A stretch of DNA of 64,000 bases from NCBI GenBank assembly GCA_965656375.1, contig CBFHKH010000001.1, forward strand, positions 345,319 to 409,318. Direction: 5' to 3'. The notes below the pieces were generated by a model that saw only the letters and a list, made by a program, of their open reading frames with translations, was not told where the DNA came from and did not search any database. This DNA is from Minisyncoccia bacterium (lineage in GTDB: Bacteria > Patescibacteriota > Minisyncoccia > Phycocordibacterales > UBA9973). The position numbers were made by a program, and so were the translations under genes. Of the stretch, positions 49,168 to 58,810 are shown piece by piece; position 1 is the first letter of the stretch, and every line of letters begins with the position of its first letter.

Positions 49168-51864
49168 TTATTTATTATATGGACTTGGTTTTGCCACTTT
49201 GAAGTTAGATTTGATCTTTTTCTTGTTCATCTCAACAACAATCTCGTTATCCTTGAGAGTAACGTTTACAATATCCCCTTTCTTTACCCCCTTACCAATG
49301 ATGACTGACGCTACAGGATTGAGGATCTTATTCTGAATCAAGCGTCCAAGTGGTCTCGCACCGTAGTGCGGATTGTATCCCTCGCGTGCAAGATACGCGA
49401 GCGCATCTGGCGAGATATGGAGCTCGATATCTTTTGAGCGCAATCGCTCACGGATGACTTGAATCTTGAGATCTACAATATGGCGGATCACATCTTCAGG
49501 AAGAATATCAAAGACAATAATATCATCGAGTCGATTTAAGAATTCTGGACGGAAGTGATCTTTGAGACTCGCCAAGACTTTTTCCTTGGTGGCAGTGTAT
49601 TCGTCTTTCTTGGAATTATTGCTAAATCCAAGCGACTCCATCTTCTCTATCAAGTGCGAACCTATGTTTGAAGTAAGGATGATGATGGTATTTTTGAAGT
49701 TTACTACGCGGCCTTTTGCATCGGTAAGCCTCCCATCATCAAGAACCTGAAGAAGCACATTGAAAACTTCTGGATGAGCTTTTTCTATCTCATCGAAAAG
49801 AATGACTGAGTATGGGCGGTGACGAACAGATTCAGTGAGATTGCCTGATTCTTCATGTCCGACATAGCCCGGTGGTGAACCGATGAGTTTTGAAACACTA
49901 TGACGCTCCATGTATTCACTCATATCCACTCGTATCAATGATTTTTCATCGTTGAACATAAACTGTGCGAGCGTCTTGGTAAGCTCAGTCTTACCGACAC
50001 CAGTTGGGCCAAGGAAAATGAATGAGCCGATTGGTTTATTCGGATCAGAAATGCCTGCACGCGAACGTCGCACCACATCGGCGATTTTTGTAATCGCTTC
50101 GTCCTGTCCAACAACACGCTTTCGAAGCTCTCGTTCCATATTTGCAAGCTTCTCACGCTCTTCTTCAAGCATCTTTACAAGAGGGATACCGGTCCATCGC
50201 GAGACAACCTCAGCAATATCTTCACCAGTGATATCTTCTTTGAGTATTCTTCGTGATTTCTGGAGCTTCTTGAGTCGAGAAAGCTTTGTCTCGAGTTTGT
50301 TCTGTAGATCTGGAATCTGACCATAACGAATCTCAGCAGCTCGAGCAAGATCTGCACGCATCTCTGCGTTTTCACCTTCGAGGCGAAGCACTTCGAGCTC
50401 CTTCTTTATGGCACGTATACCGACAACCGTCTCTTTTTCATTTTTCCATTTGAGTTCAAGCTCGCGAGTTTTTTCCTTGAGGTTTGCGATTTCAGTGTCG
50501 ATATCTCTTACACGTGCTTTTGTATCCTTACTCTCTGGAGATTTGTTTGAAACGCGAGATATTTCCTTCATCAAAGCTTCTTTTTCTATCTCAAAACGCA
50601 TAATTTTTCTATGAGCATCTTCAAGGACTTGAGGCTTATTCTCAAGTGCAAGACGGAGCGCAGATGATGCTTCATCAATGAGGTCGACTGCTTTGTCTGG
50701 AAGGTATCGATTTGTAATATACCGAGTACTCAAGTTTACTGCTGCAAGGATTGCATCATCAGTGATGCGAACACCATGGAAAAGCTCATACTTTTCTTTA
50801 AGCCCTCGAAGGATCGCAATAGCATCTTCTGGACTTGGTTCATCGACAAAAATCGGCTGGAAACGACGAGCAAGTGCAGGATCTTTCTCAATATGCTTTT
50901 GATATTCTTTGAGTGTTGTCGCGCCGATAGCACGAAGCTCACCTCGTGCAAGAGCTGGTTTTAACATATTCGAAGCATCAAGCGATCCTTCTGCTGAACC
51001 CGCACCAACGATAGTATGAATCTCATCGATAAATAGTATTACTCGGCCTTCAGTCTTTTCTATTTCTTTCATGATACCGCGAAGGCGTTCTTCAAATTCA
51101 CCTCTGTATTTTGTACCAGACAAAAGGAGTCCAAGATCAAGCGCGACTACTTCTTTATCACGAAGGCTTTCCGGTACGTCATTTTTTGCAATACGAGTAG
51201 CAAGCGCTTCAGCAACTGCAGTTTTACCTGTTCCTGCTTCACCGATGAGTATTGGATTATTCTTTGTACGACGAGAAAGGATCTGCATCATACGCATGAT
51301 CTCCGTATCGCGTCCAATAACAGGATCGAGCTTATCAGCACGAGCAAGGTCGGTAAGATTACGGGTAAATTTCGCTAGAAGTTTTGGCTTCTTCGAAGTG
51401 CCAGTCTCCGTGATATTCTCATTACGAAAGAGCTCAAGGACCGAAAGAACCTGATCCTTTTCGATTTTGAATCGTGCGAGGAATTCTTTCGCTTCACCAA
51501 CAGTCTCAAGAAGTGAGACAAACAGGTGTTCGGTGGATACGAATTCATCTTTGAGTGCTGTCGCTACTTTGCTTGAATTCTCAATTGCCTGAGCAAGATC
51601 CGGAGTAAGATAGAGCTGGTATGATGGAGAGATTGTATTTCTACTTTCTGGCGCTTCTATCATTTCGATCAAATTATCGGTCATAAGCATTGTATCAACA
51701 TCCATCTTATCGAGTATTGATATGACAAGGGAATCTTCCTGTATAAGGAGGGATGTGAGAAGATGGAGACCGCTTACATGATTCTGTCCACGCTCAATAG
51801 CAAGCTCATGAGCTTTACGGATTGCTTCTTTTGCTTTGGTTGTAAAATGATTAAATGGTGGCAT
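49168..51864 (-). CDS. clpB: ATP-dependent chaperone ClpB
   Basis: Clp N domain, two AAA+ modules and a middle coiled coil; 898 aa. Confidence 0.95.
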   Translation of the reverse strand: MPPFNHFTTKAKEAIRKAHELAIERGQNHVSGLHLLTSLLIQEDSLVISILDKMDVDTMLMTDNLIEMIEAPESRNTISPSYQLYLTPDLAQAIENSSKVATALKDEFVSTEHLFVSLLETVGEAKEFLARFKIEKDQVLSVLELFRNENITETGTSKKPKLLAKFTRNLTDLARADKLDPVIGRDTEIMRMMQILSRRTKNNPILIGEAGTGKTAVAEALATRIAKNDVPESLRDKEVVALDLGLLLSGTKYRGEFEERLRGIMKEIEKTEGRVILFIDEIHTIVGAGSAEGSLDASNMLKPALARGELRAIGATTLKEYQKHIEKDPALARRFQPIFVDEPSPEDAIAILRGLKEKYELFHGVRITDDAILAAVNLSTRYITNRYLPDKAVDLIDEASSALRLALENKPQVLEDAHRKIMRFEIEKEALMKEISRVSNKSPESKDTKARVRDIDTEIANLKEKTRELELKWKNEKETVVGIRAIKKELEVLRLEGENAEMRADLARAAEIRYGQIPDLQNKLETKLSRLKKLQKSRRILKEDITGEDIAEVVSRWTGIPLVKMLEEEREKLANMERELRKRVVGQDEAITKIADVVRRSRAGISDPNKPIGSFIFLGPTGVGKTELTKTLAQFMFNDEKSLIRVDMSEYMERHSVSKLIGSPPGYVGHEESGNLTESVRHRPYSVILFDEIEKAHPEVFNVLLQVLDDGRLTDAKGRVVNFKNTIIILTSNIGSHLIEKMESLGFSNNSKKDEYTATKEKVLASLKDHFRPEFLNRLDDIIVFDILPEDVIRHIVDLKIQVIRERLRSKDIELHISPDALAYLAREGYNPHYGARPLGRLIQNKILNPVASVIIGKGVKKGDIVNVTLKDNEIVVEMNKKKIKSNFKVAKPSPYNK

Positions 51865-51903
51865 ATATATGTATTACGAATTACTAAACTTTTTGGTGCA
51901 CAT

Positions 51904-52482
51904 TTACTGTGTCCCTCCCGTAGATGGTGTAGCAGCTGATGCACCTTGAGTACTACTATCGGTTTTCGGATCTGCAGCTTTTTTCTGAGAGATCTTGAGT
52001 ATTGCAAATCCGTTTCCGAATTTCTTGAGGACTGTTGCATCAAAGTCCACATCACCGAGTACAACTTTGTAAACTTCTTTGTCTGTAAGTATTCCTGAAT
52101 CAACTAGCACGAGCCCCATATCAGAAATGATGATCCCTTGCCCAAGTGCTTTTGGTGCATCTCCTGTAGGAGACGAACCAGGACCTGGATTTATGACAGG
52201 CGTATCTGCTGGATAAATTGAGATCATCGCATTACCATCACCGAATGTCGATTTAGTCCCTGTGTCGGTATTTGTAGGAGTCTTAGTTTCGACGGTCGGA
52301 GCAGGAGTTGTAGAGACCTTCTCGATCGTACGCTGGATAACGTTATTTATCGTTGTTGGAACACTTTTTGGAGCTTGCTGCATAAGAGAAACCGTAATGA
52401 TACCTGTGGCAATAGAGACCACAAAAGTGATCAAAAGGGTCAGTAAAATAAGCTGCTTTTTGTTGAGTTCTTTTATATCCAT
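51904..52482 (-). CDS. membrane-anchored hypothetical protein with a T/P-rich linker
   Basis: N-terminal TM segment plus low-complexity region. Confidence 0.4.
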   Translation of the reverse strand: MDIKELNKKQLILLTLLITFVVSIATGIITVSLMQQAPKSVPTTINNVIQRTIEKVSTTPAPTVETKTPTNTDTGTKSTFGDGNAMISIYPADTPVINPGPGSSPTGDAPKALGQGIIISDMGLVLVDSGILTDKEVYKVVLGDVDFDATVLKKFGNGFAILKISQKKAADPKTDSSTQGASAATPSTGGTQ

Positions 52483-52509
52483 ATATTGAGTATAGCACAG
52501 CCGTCAAGC

Positions 52510-53739
52510 CTATTTCCAGGTACTATATTTCTTTAAAATATCAGTCAGAACTCGTACAAGAGTATCGATATCGCTCTTTGTTGTCTCACGACCAAGAGAA
52601 ATACGGATAGAGCCGTCGGTAGTAGTATGCCGAGCGCCCTCTGCTTCCCGCAACGCAGTGATGACATATGATTCATCGGGCTCATCGCTTTTGCATGCGC
52701 TCTTTGCAGATACTTCTATTCCCTTCGCATCAAGCTCAAGTACAAGGAGTTCGCTTGAAATACCTAGAATAGAAATGTTGATATTGTTCGGTAATCGATC
52801 GATCTTATCGCCGTTCAAACTAATTTCATATCCCGAAGTTTCTGAGAGTTTTAGCAATTTTTCAATTCCGTAATCACGGATGCTGATCAGGCGAGTAGAT
52901 TCTTTTTCTTTTATCTTGTTTGCCTCTTCTAGTGCAGCGGCAATACCTACGATGCTTGATACATTCTCTGTACCTGAACGTAAATCTGATTCTTGCCCAC
53001 CGCCTTTATACAAAGGCTCGAGCGCTATTCCACGCTTTTTGTACAACACTGAAGCACCTTTTGGTCCGTATATTTTTGAACTATTGAAAGCAAGTAGGTC
53101 TACGCCAAGCTTCTCGATATTCTCTGTAAATAAATAGTTCATCGCCTGACAAGCGTCAGTATGGAAAACAGGGAAAGGAAATTTATTTTCCAGTTTCTTT
53201 CTCTTCCGAAAATGCCGTATCACTTTCGCAATCTCCATGATCGGTTGGATCGTGCCGATCTCATTATTCGCATACATAACTGATACCAGAATAGTATTTT
53301 CTTTCAGTGCGTCTCGTATATCCTTCGGATCAACGATCCCTTTTGCGTTCACATTCACATATGTAACTTCTGCTTCACCTCGACTCTCGAGCAGTTTGCA
53401 ATTCTCAAGTACTGCTGAGTGTTCGATTCGCGTAGTGATGATATGCGGCATATCAATTCCGCAGCCACGTACCACACCAAGTATCGCAAGTGCATCACTT
53501 TCTGTTCCGCTTCCGGTAAAGAAAATCTCATCAGGGTGCGCAAAAAGTGCGGCTGCGATTTTTTTTCGAGCACCTTCTATGAGCGCGCGCGCATGGAGAC
53601 CTCCTGTATGAATGGAACTTCCATTTGCAAAAACACGAGACACATCTGCTAGCACCTTACGGACGCTTTGATCGATAGGCGTACCGGAAGCATAATCAAG
53701 ATATATCGTTTTCTTTGGATTCCGAGAGAATATTTTCAT
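52510..53739 (-). CDS. cysteine desulfurase (class V aminotransferase, NifS/IscS-like)
   Basis: PLP-lysine region SSKIYGPKG and a C-terminal catalytic Cys region. Confidence 0.85.
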   Translation of the reverse strand: MKIFSRNPKKTIYLDYASGTPIDQSVRKVLADVSRVFANGSSIHTGGLHARALIEGARKKIAAALFAHPDEIFFTGSGTESDALAILGVVRGCGIDMPHIITTRIEHSAVLENCKLLESRGEAEVTYVNVNAKGIVDPKDIRDALKENTILVSVMYANNEIGTIQPIMEIAKVIRHFRKRKKLENKFPFPVFHTDACQAMNYLFTENIEKLGVDLLAFNSSKIYGPKGASVLYKKRGIALEPLYKGGGQESDLRSGTENVSSIVGIAAALEEANKIKEKESTRLISIRDYGIEKLLKLSETSGYEISLNGDKIDRLPNNINISILGISSELLVLELDAKGIEVSAKSACKSDEPDESYVITALREAEGARHTTTDGSIRISLGRETTKSDIDTLVRVLTDILKKYSTWK

Positions 53740-53809
53740 AATCTATATATGAACCACTATATCACGATATTGTAAAAAAGGCTTTATTAGTATATACTCT
53801 TTCACAGAT

Positions 53810-54253
53810 ATGACTACATCTATCCTACTTTATATACTCTCGGGCGTCATTGTTATCCTTCTTGTATGGATAGGTCTTCTTGAACATAGATTGAAGAAAT
53901 TCTTCGCTGGCACAAAAGCAAAAAACCTCGAGGAAGTGATGCTTGCTCTTGGTGCACAAGTGAACGCTCTCAAGGAAAGAGAAAGTAGTATCGATGCACA
54001 TTTGTCTACGATCGATGGACGCCTCGATACATCTATCCGAAAAATCCAAACTATCCGATTCAATCCATTTCTTGATGCAGGCAGCAATCAGAGTTTTGCC
54101 ATATCGCTTCTCAATGATAAAGGCGATGGAGTAATACTTTCGAGTTTGTATGCGCGCGATCGAATGAGCATTTTTGCAAAGCCAATACAAAATGGGAAGT
54201 CAGAGTTTGAGCTTTCAACCGAAGAGAAACAAGTTCTCAAGAAATCAATCTAA
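53810..54253 (+). CDS. DUF4446-like small membrane-anchored protein
   Basis: N-terminal TM segment; RFNPFLDAGSNQSFAISLLND motif. Confidence 0.4.
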   Translation: MTTSILLYILSGVIVILLVWIGLLEHRLKKFFAGTKAKNLEEVMLALGAQVNALKERESSIDAHLSTIDGRLDTSIRKIQTIRFNPFLDAGSNQSFAISLLNDKGDGVILSSLYARDRMSIFAKPIQNGKSEFELSTEEKQVLKKSI

Positions 54254-54259
54254 ATAATT

Positions 54260-55774
54260 ATGAAAGATACCGATACACAAAAAAATACAGTGGCACGCCC
54301 TCCCGTTGTTGTAGTAATGGGTCATGTTGATCATGGCAAATCGACGCTTCTCGATTATATCCGCAAATCAAACGTTGTGGCAGGAGAATCAGGAGGTATC
54401 ACACAGCATATAAGCGCCTATGAAGTCACACACAAAGGCGATACTGGTGAGAACAGACAGATAACATTTCTCGATACTCCGGGCCACGAAGCATTTTCGA
54501 AAATGCGTGCACGTGGCGCACTCACCGCAGATATTGCGATACTCGTAGTATCAGCAGAAGACGGAATCAAAGCGCAGACACTTGAAGCCTACAACACTAT
54601 ACTCGAGAGCAAGATCCCTTACATTGTAGCGATCAACAAAATAGACAAACCAAATGCAAATGTCGAGCGAGTCAAGATGGAGCTCGTCGAGAAAGGTATT
54701 TATCTCGAAGGTTTGGGTGGTGATATCCCGTTCGTACCCATATCTTCAAAGGAAGGTACGGGTATTCCAGAACTCCTCGACATAATACTCCTCGTCGCTG
54801 ATTTGCATGCGTTTATGGGCGATGCGAACCTCACCGCAAGCGGCGTTGTGATCGAAGCAAATCGCGAACCAAAGCGTGGGATATCTGCTACCTGTGTAAT
54901 CAAGAACGGAACACTCCGATCCGGTATGTTCGTTGTAGCGGGATCTGCACTCGTAACCACACGTATTATGGAAAACTTTTTAGGCAAACCAGTCAAAGAT
55001 GCTACATTCTCCTCTCCTATCCGTCTTGTCGGCTTTGAATCAATGCCAGAGGTCGGAAGTGTATTTGAATCATTCAAAACAAAAAAAGAAGCAGAAGAGT
55101 ACATCCGAATGGTGAAAGATGGATCTCTACAAGAGAATAAAGAAAGTTCATCTTTGCAATCGCAGCCAGGCAAGCGCATACCACTCGTCATAAAGACTGA
55201 TGTATCAGGCACCATAGAAGCACTTGAAAAAGAAATCGAAAAACTTGGTAATGATGAAATTTCTTTTAAGATAATTCAAAAAGGTGTCGGCGCTATAAAT
55301 GAATCAGATGTAAAGATGGCACGTGACAACAAAGAGACGATCATCGTAGGATTCAATGTAAAGATGGACACTGGTGCACGCGACCTGAATGAACAGCTCA
55401 AAGTGACGATAGAGACTTTTGATATTATTTATAAACTTACTGATTGGCTCAAAGAAGTGATCGAAACACGCCGCCCACGTCAAGAAGTTATGGAAGTCAC
55501 TGGTACGCTTAAAGTGCTAAAAACATTTGGAGCAACAAAAGAAAGACAAGTTGTCGGCGGCAAAGTTACAACTGGCCGTATTACTGATGGTGGGATCGTA
55601 CGGATCATTCGTCGTGACTTTGAAATTGGACGCGGAAAAATCGTAGGACTCCAGCTCGCAAAGATTAAAACAAAAGAAGTACTTGAAGGTACAGACTGTG
55701 GGGTGATGGTTGAATCAAAGATCGATATCGCCCCGAGTGATATGCTCGAAGCATTTATCACTGTCATAAAATAA
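54260..55774 (+). CDS. infB: translation initiation factor IF-2, N-terminally truncated form typical of CPR
   Basis: [13 protein letters not shown]-domain plus C-terminal beta-barrels; 504 aa. Confidence 0.9.
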   Translation: MKDTDTQKNTVARPPVVVVMGHVDHGKSTLLDYIRKSNVVAGESGGITQHISAYEVTHKGDTGENRQITFLDTPGHEAFSKMRARGALTADIAILVVSAEDGIKAQTLEAYNTILESKIPYIVAINKIDKPNANVERVKMELVEKGIYLEGLGGDIPFVPISSKEGTGIPELLDIILLVADLHAFMGDANLTASGVVIEANREPKRGISATCVIKNGTLRSGMFVVAGSALVTTRIMENFLGKPVKDATFSSPIRLVGFESMPEVGSVFESFKTKKEAEEYIRMVKDGSLQENKESSSLQSQPGKRIPLVIKTDVSGTIEALEKEIEKLGNDEISFKIIQKGVGAINESDVKMARDNKETIIVGFNVKMDTGARDLNEQLKVTIETFDIIYKLTDWLKEVIETRRPRQEVMEVTGTLKVLKTFGATKERQVVGGKVTTGRITDGGIVRIIRRDFEIGRGKIVGLQLAKIKTKEVLEGTDCGVMVESKIDIAPSDMLEAFITVIK

Positions 55775-55781
55775 ATACATC

Positions 55782-56108
55782 ATGTCACAATTTCGAGGAG
55801 AAAAGATATCAAATCATATACGAGAACTTGCAGCTACATTCATAGAGCGCGAAGCTGGTCCTACATCACTCATTACTGTCACTCGAGTACTACTTTCACC
55901 CGATAGTAAACGCGCTGTAATTATGATCACGGTACTACCACGTGAGAAAGAAACTGCCGCATATGGATTCATAAAGCGCAACTTGGGTGAACTACGAAAA
56001 TTCGTAACAAAGAATTTGAAGGTAAATCCAATTCCCTTTCTCAATGTAGAGATAGATGAGGGTGAGAAAAACCGTCAGAAAATTGACGAATTACTGCTAA
56101 ACAGTTAG
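55782..56108 (+). CDS. rbfA: ribosome-binding factor A
   Basis: 108 aa; placement after infB and KH-like fold motifs. Confidence 0.85.
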   Translation: MSQFRGEKISNHIRELAATFIEREAGPTSLITVTRVLLSPDSKRAVIMITVLPREKETAAYGFIKRNLGELRKFVTKNLKVNPIPFLNVEIDEGEKNRQKIDELLLNS

Positions 56109-56140
56109 GATATAAAGTATTGTTTCTCTAAGAAACACAC

Positions 56141-56212
56141 GGCCTAGTCGCCAAGTGGTAAGGCAAGAGTCTGCAAAACCCTTATACGGCGGTTCGATTC
56201 CGCCCTAGGCCT
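56141..56212 (+). tRNA. tRNA-Cys (anticodon GCA), with an A-C mismatch in the anticodon stem and CCA encoded
   Basis: Acceptor GGCCTAG/CTAGGCC, anticodon loop CTGCAAA, T-loop TTCGATT. Confidence 0.7.
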
Positions 56213-56246
56213 CCACAAGGAATGTTCTTGTGATACAAACAAATAT

Positions 56247-56328
56247 GCCCGGGTGGCGGAATTGGTATACGCGCTAGTCTTAGGAACTAGTGGAGCAATC
56301 CTTGGAGGTTCAAGTCCTCTCCCGGGCA
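56247..56328 (+). tRNA. tRNA-Leu (anticodon UAG), class II
   Basis: Acceptor GCCCGGG/CCCGGGC, anticodon loop CTTAGGA, long variable arm, T-loop TTCAAGT. Confidence 0.85.
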
Positions 56329-56387
56329 CAACATAGGACAAGTCCTAATAATAGCCTACAAGCAATAGATATTGTAGACTGTTCCTT

Positions 56388-57110
56388 ATGGGTAAGTGTT
56401 ATTTATGTAATTTAGAAAAGCCATTAATCGAGGCCCATATTATTCCTAAATGGGCTTATAAATATCTATACCCTGAGGATGGAAACAAAAAATCTCTTAT
56501 TTTAGTTTCAAAAACTGCTAAGCCTATTAAAAGACCTATTGGTTCATATGATCCAAAAATTCTTTGTGCAGATTGTGATAATTTTATCGGGGTCTATGAC
56601 GGATATGCAAAAATCATATTAATAGATTCTCCTTTAGAGCAAAAAGATAAATACTCTGTAATAAAGAATGTTAACCGTATTAAATTTACTCTTTTTGTTC
56701 TATCTGTAATATGGAGGGCTTCAATTTCAAAATTGCCTGAAAATAATCGTATAAAGTTGGGCCCCTATGAAGAAAAATTGAGAGATATTTTATTATCTGC
56801 TAAAAATGGTTCTAGTAATCCTATGATAATTAATTTTCCTTTCGTGGTTACAAAATTTGCTGTAGGAAAACTTCCATCAGATGTAGTAAATAAAAACATC
56901 CAAACTCCGCATACTGAACGACTAGATGGATTAAACATGGCTGTTTTCTATATGCCAAATGGGTACAAAATATTTACCAAAACAGACAAACGACCTTTCA
57001 ATTCTGTCCTTCAAAAAATGAGTGGACATTGGCAAGAAGGATTGTTTGTATTAAATTTTATAGATTACGAGACATCGAAGGAATATAGAGATTTACTAAA
57101 AATTGTTTAG
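56388..57110 (+). CDS. HNH-nuclease-like N-terminal domain (CxxC...HIIP...CxxC) fused to an uncharacterised C-terminal domain of about 180 aa
   Basis: CYLCNLEKPLIEAHIIPK ... CADCDNFIG motifs. Confidence 0.45.
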   Translation: MGKCYLCNLEKPLIEAHIIPKWAYKYLYPEDGNKKSLILVSKTAKPIKRPIGSYDPKILCADCDNFIGVYDGYAKIILIDSPLEQKDKYSVIKNVNRIKFTLFVLSVIWRASISKLPENNRIKLGPYEEKLRDILLSAKNGSSNPMIINFPFVVTKFAVGKLPSDVVNKNIQTPHTERLDGLNMAVFYMPNGYKIFTKTDKRPFNSVLQKMSGHWQEGLFVLNFIDYETSKEYRDLLKIV

Positions 57111-57116
57111 CTTAGA

Positions 57117-57281
57117 TTATTCATGTTTTGGATAAATAACATTCCCCTCACGATCAATCAACATTCCATCTTTGATAACATACCCTTCAGCAATAAGTCG
57201 GTTATGTATCTTCTGTAAAATCTTCGCTAAACCAATGAGCCCTTGAATTGTCTCAGGTGGTAACCTTTTTTGTTTTTTCAT
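57117..57281 (-). CDS. putative 54-aa protein (MKKQKRLPPETIQGLIGLAKILQKIHNRLIAEGYVIKDGMLIDREGNVIYPKHE) immediately 3' of the XRE gene
   Basis: Translated by hand from the sequence; below the ORF-track length cut-off. Confidence 0.25.
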   Translation of the reverse strand: MKKQKRLPPETIQGLIGLAKILQKIHNRLIAEGYVIKDGMLIDREGNVIYPKHE

Positions 57282-57332
57282 ACTATTCTTTGTATTAGTA
57301 ATAACAAAGAGTGTATGAGCTATATGTAACGA

Positions 57333-57548
57333 TTACAACTCTGGATATATCTCTTCAGATTTAACCTTAAAGAGCTGAGAGAGCTTGATGAGATTAACTG
57401 CACTTGGCATAGCCTGTCCTCGTTCCCATCTACTAATCCTCTCTTCCCCTGTGAAGCCCATATGTAGAGAGACATCAGTTTGTTTGAGGTTGTGTATAGT
57501 GCGTAATTCTTTTAATTTATTTGGATACTTAAATTGAATGTTTTTCAT
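57333..57548 (-). CDS. XRE-family helix-turn-helix transcriptional regulator
   Basis: LKELRTIHNLKQTDVSLHMGFTGEERISRWERGQAMPSAVNLIKLSQLF matches a Cro/C1-type HTH. Confidence 0.7.
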   Translation of the reverse strand: MKNIQFKYPNKLKELRTIHNLKQTDVSLHMGFTGEERISRWERGQAMPSAVNLIKLSQLFKVKSEEIYPEL

Positions 57549-57696
57549 ATTAATATAGTAGCTAGGTTATAAATAAAAAATAAGAGAGGGTAAAATTCCC
57601 TATGTTGGAGGCTTGTTAGAATAATTTTTTAATTCTTCAATGCTATAAATTATTTTCTCTTGATGAGAGGGCAGTTCGTAAATCCATTCCTTTAGC

Positions 57697-57746
57697 GCAC
57701 ACATACAAAAAATGCACTCATTGAAGTGCATTTTTTGTATGTGTGC
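57697..57746. repeat. 21-bp perfect inverted repeat (GCACACATACAAAAAATGCAC-TCATTGAA-GTGCATTTTTTGTATGTGTGC) directly abutting E3
   Basis: Read directly from the sequence. Confidence 0.8.
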
Positions 57747-57870
57747 CCGGAGTTCCGACTCTACAGTCGGAACGTGAGAGAACTTGAAAACCCTGAGTAT
57801 ATCGCACGTAGTGAAACGAGTACGATACGAAGGGTGTACAGATCCTGTAAGAATCAAGATTCCTCGACCA
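57747..57870 (+). ncRNA. E3: partial third member of the E family. The 3' half GUGUAC-GAUCCUGUAAG-AUC-A-AUUCC is homologous to E2, and its termini resemble the tRNA-Leu acceptor and T-arm
   Basis: Block alignment to E2 nt 31790-31826; own hairpin GTTCCGACT-CTAC-AGTCGGAAC. Confidence 0.3.
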
Positions 57871-57945
57871 ATTTCCTTTCATTGACTTACACATTCTACA
57901 GTGGTATTGTTTTAGAAACAATCACTAAACCTAAAACAAAATATC

Positions 57946-58419
57946 ATGGCAACCAAGACAACTCCACCAACAGAAGAAGTAATTCCAATGAAAAAAACAG
58001 TTACTTCATTATTCCTATTCTGGAATGATAAGATGTTATTTATTCCATCGAAAGCAAATCACAGGCTTGTTGGACAAATAGATCCCCCATGTTGTTCTGA
58101 CTGCTTCACTTCAGAATCTGAGAGATTAGATTATGTAGTGAATAATTTCCTCCCTGAAAAATTATGCGGGAAAAACTTTCACAGTAATTTTTTATTAGGT
58201 GATACTCCAATAAAGTTTAATTATGATGATGAGTTGGGACACAAGTTATTTACAGGATATACTGCCTGGGTTAAACATGAAAAACGGAGGGAAATTCAAG
58301 CGGTAGAATTTCTTGTTGACCCCTCAGAAATGTGGGTAGACACAGTGGAAGTTAGAATGAACCCTGGTATTGTTGTAAGTCCTATGTTTAAAAAAGCCCT
58401 TGAACTACTATTCCCTTAG
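57946..58419 (+). CDS. hypothetical protein of 157 aa
   Basis: ORF with a TTGACT...TATTGT promoter-like sequence upstream. Confidence 0.4.
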   Translation: MATKTTPPTEEVIPMKKTVTSLFLFWNDKMLFIPSKANHRLVGQIDPPCCSDCFTSESERLDYVVNNFLPEKLCGKNFHSNFLLGDTPIKFNYDDELGHKLFTGYTAWVKHEKRREIQAVEFLVDPSEMWVDTVEVRMNPGIVVSPMFKKALELLFP

Positions 58420-58519
58420 TGTAGAATTAAAGTTTTTAATAATACCCTTGCTGCGTAATATATTACGAAGTAAGGGTATTTTATTTGCATTCCTCCCCCC
58501 AATATAGTAGTATATCCAT

Positions 58520-58753
58520 ATGACGATTATTGCTACTATATTACCGTATATACAGATTATACTGTCTATTATTTTGGTTGTTGCGATCCTATTCCAGCAA
58601 TCAAGCGCAGGTGTCGGAGGCGCACTCGGAGGAGGAGATGGAGGTGGTCTTTACCACACTCGAAGAGGGTTCGAAAAGTTCCTCTTTGTCACGACTATTG
58701 TCGTTGGCATCCTATTTGCTGTTTCAGCATTTGTTGCAATACTCGTTAAGTAA
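58520..58753 (+). CDS. secG: preprotein translocase subunit SecG (probable)
   Basis: 77 aa, two TM segments with a Gly-rich loop AGVGGALGGGDGGG. Confidence 0.55.
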   Translation: MTIIATILPYIQIILSIILVVAILFQQSSAGVGGALGGGDGGGLYHTRRGFEKFLFVTTIVVGILFAVSAFVAILVK

Positions 58754-58810
58754 AGGTTTTTACTGTTACTCTTAACTTGAGATATACTCTCAAACATTAC
58801 ATGCAATAGT

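Noticed and set aside
56144-56341. 65-aa minus-strand ORF from the track
   Set aside because: It covers tRNA-Cys and tRNA-Leu.
57600-57921. Track ORFs 57600-57857(-) and 57718-57921(-)
   Set aside because: They span the 21-bp palindrome and E3. There are no start-context signals, so they are more likely structural or regulatory DNA.
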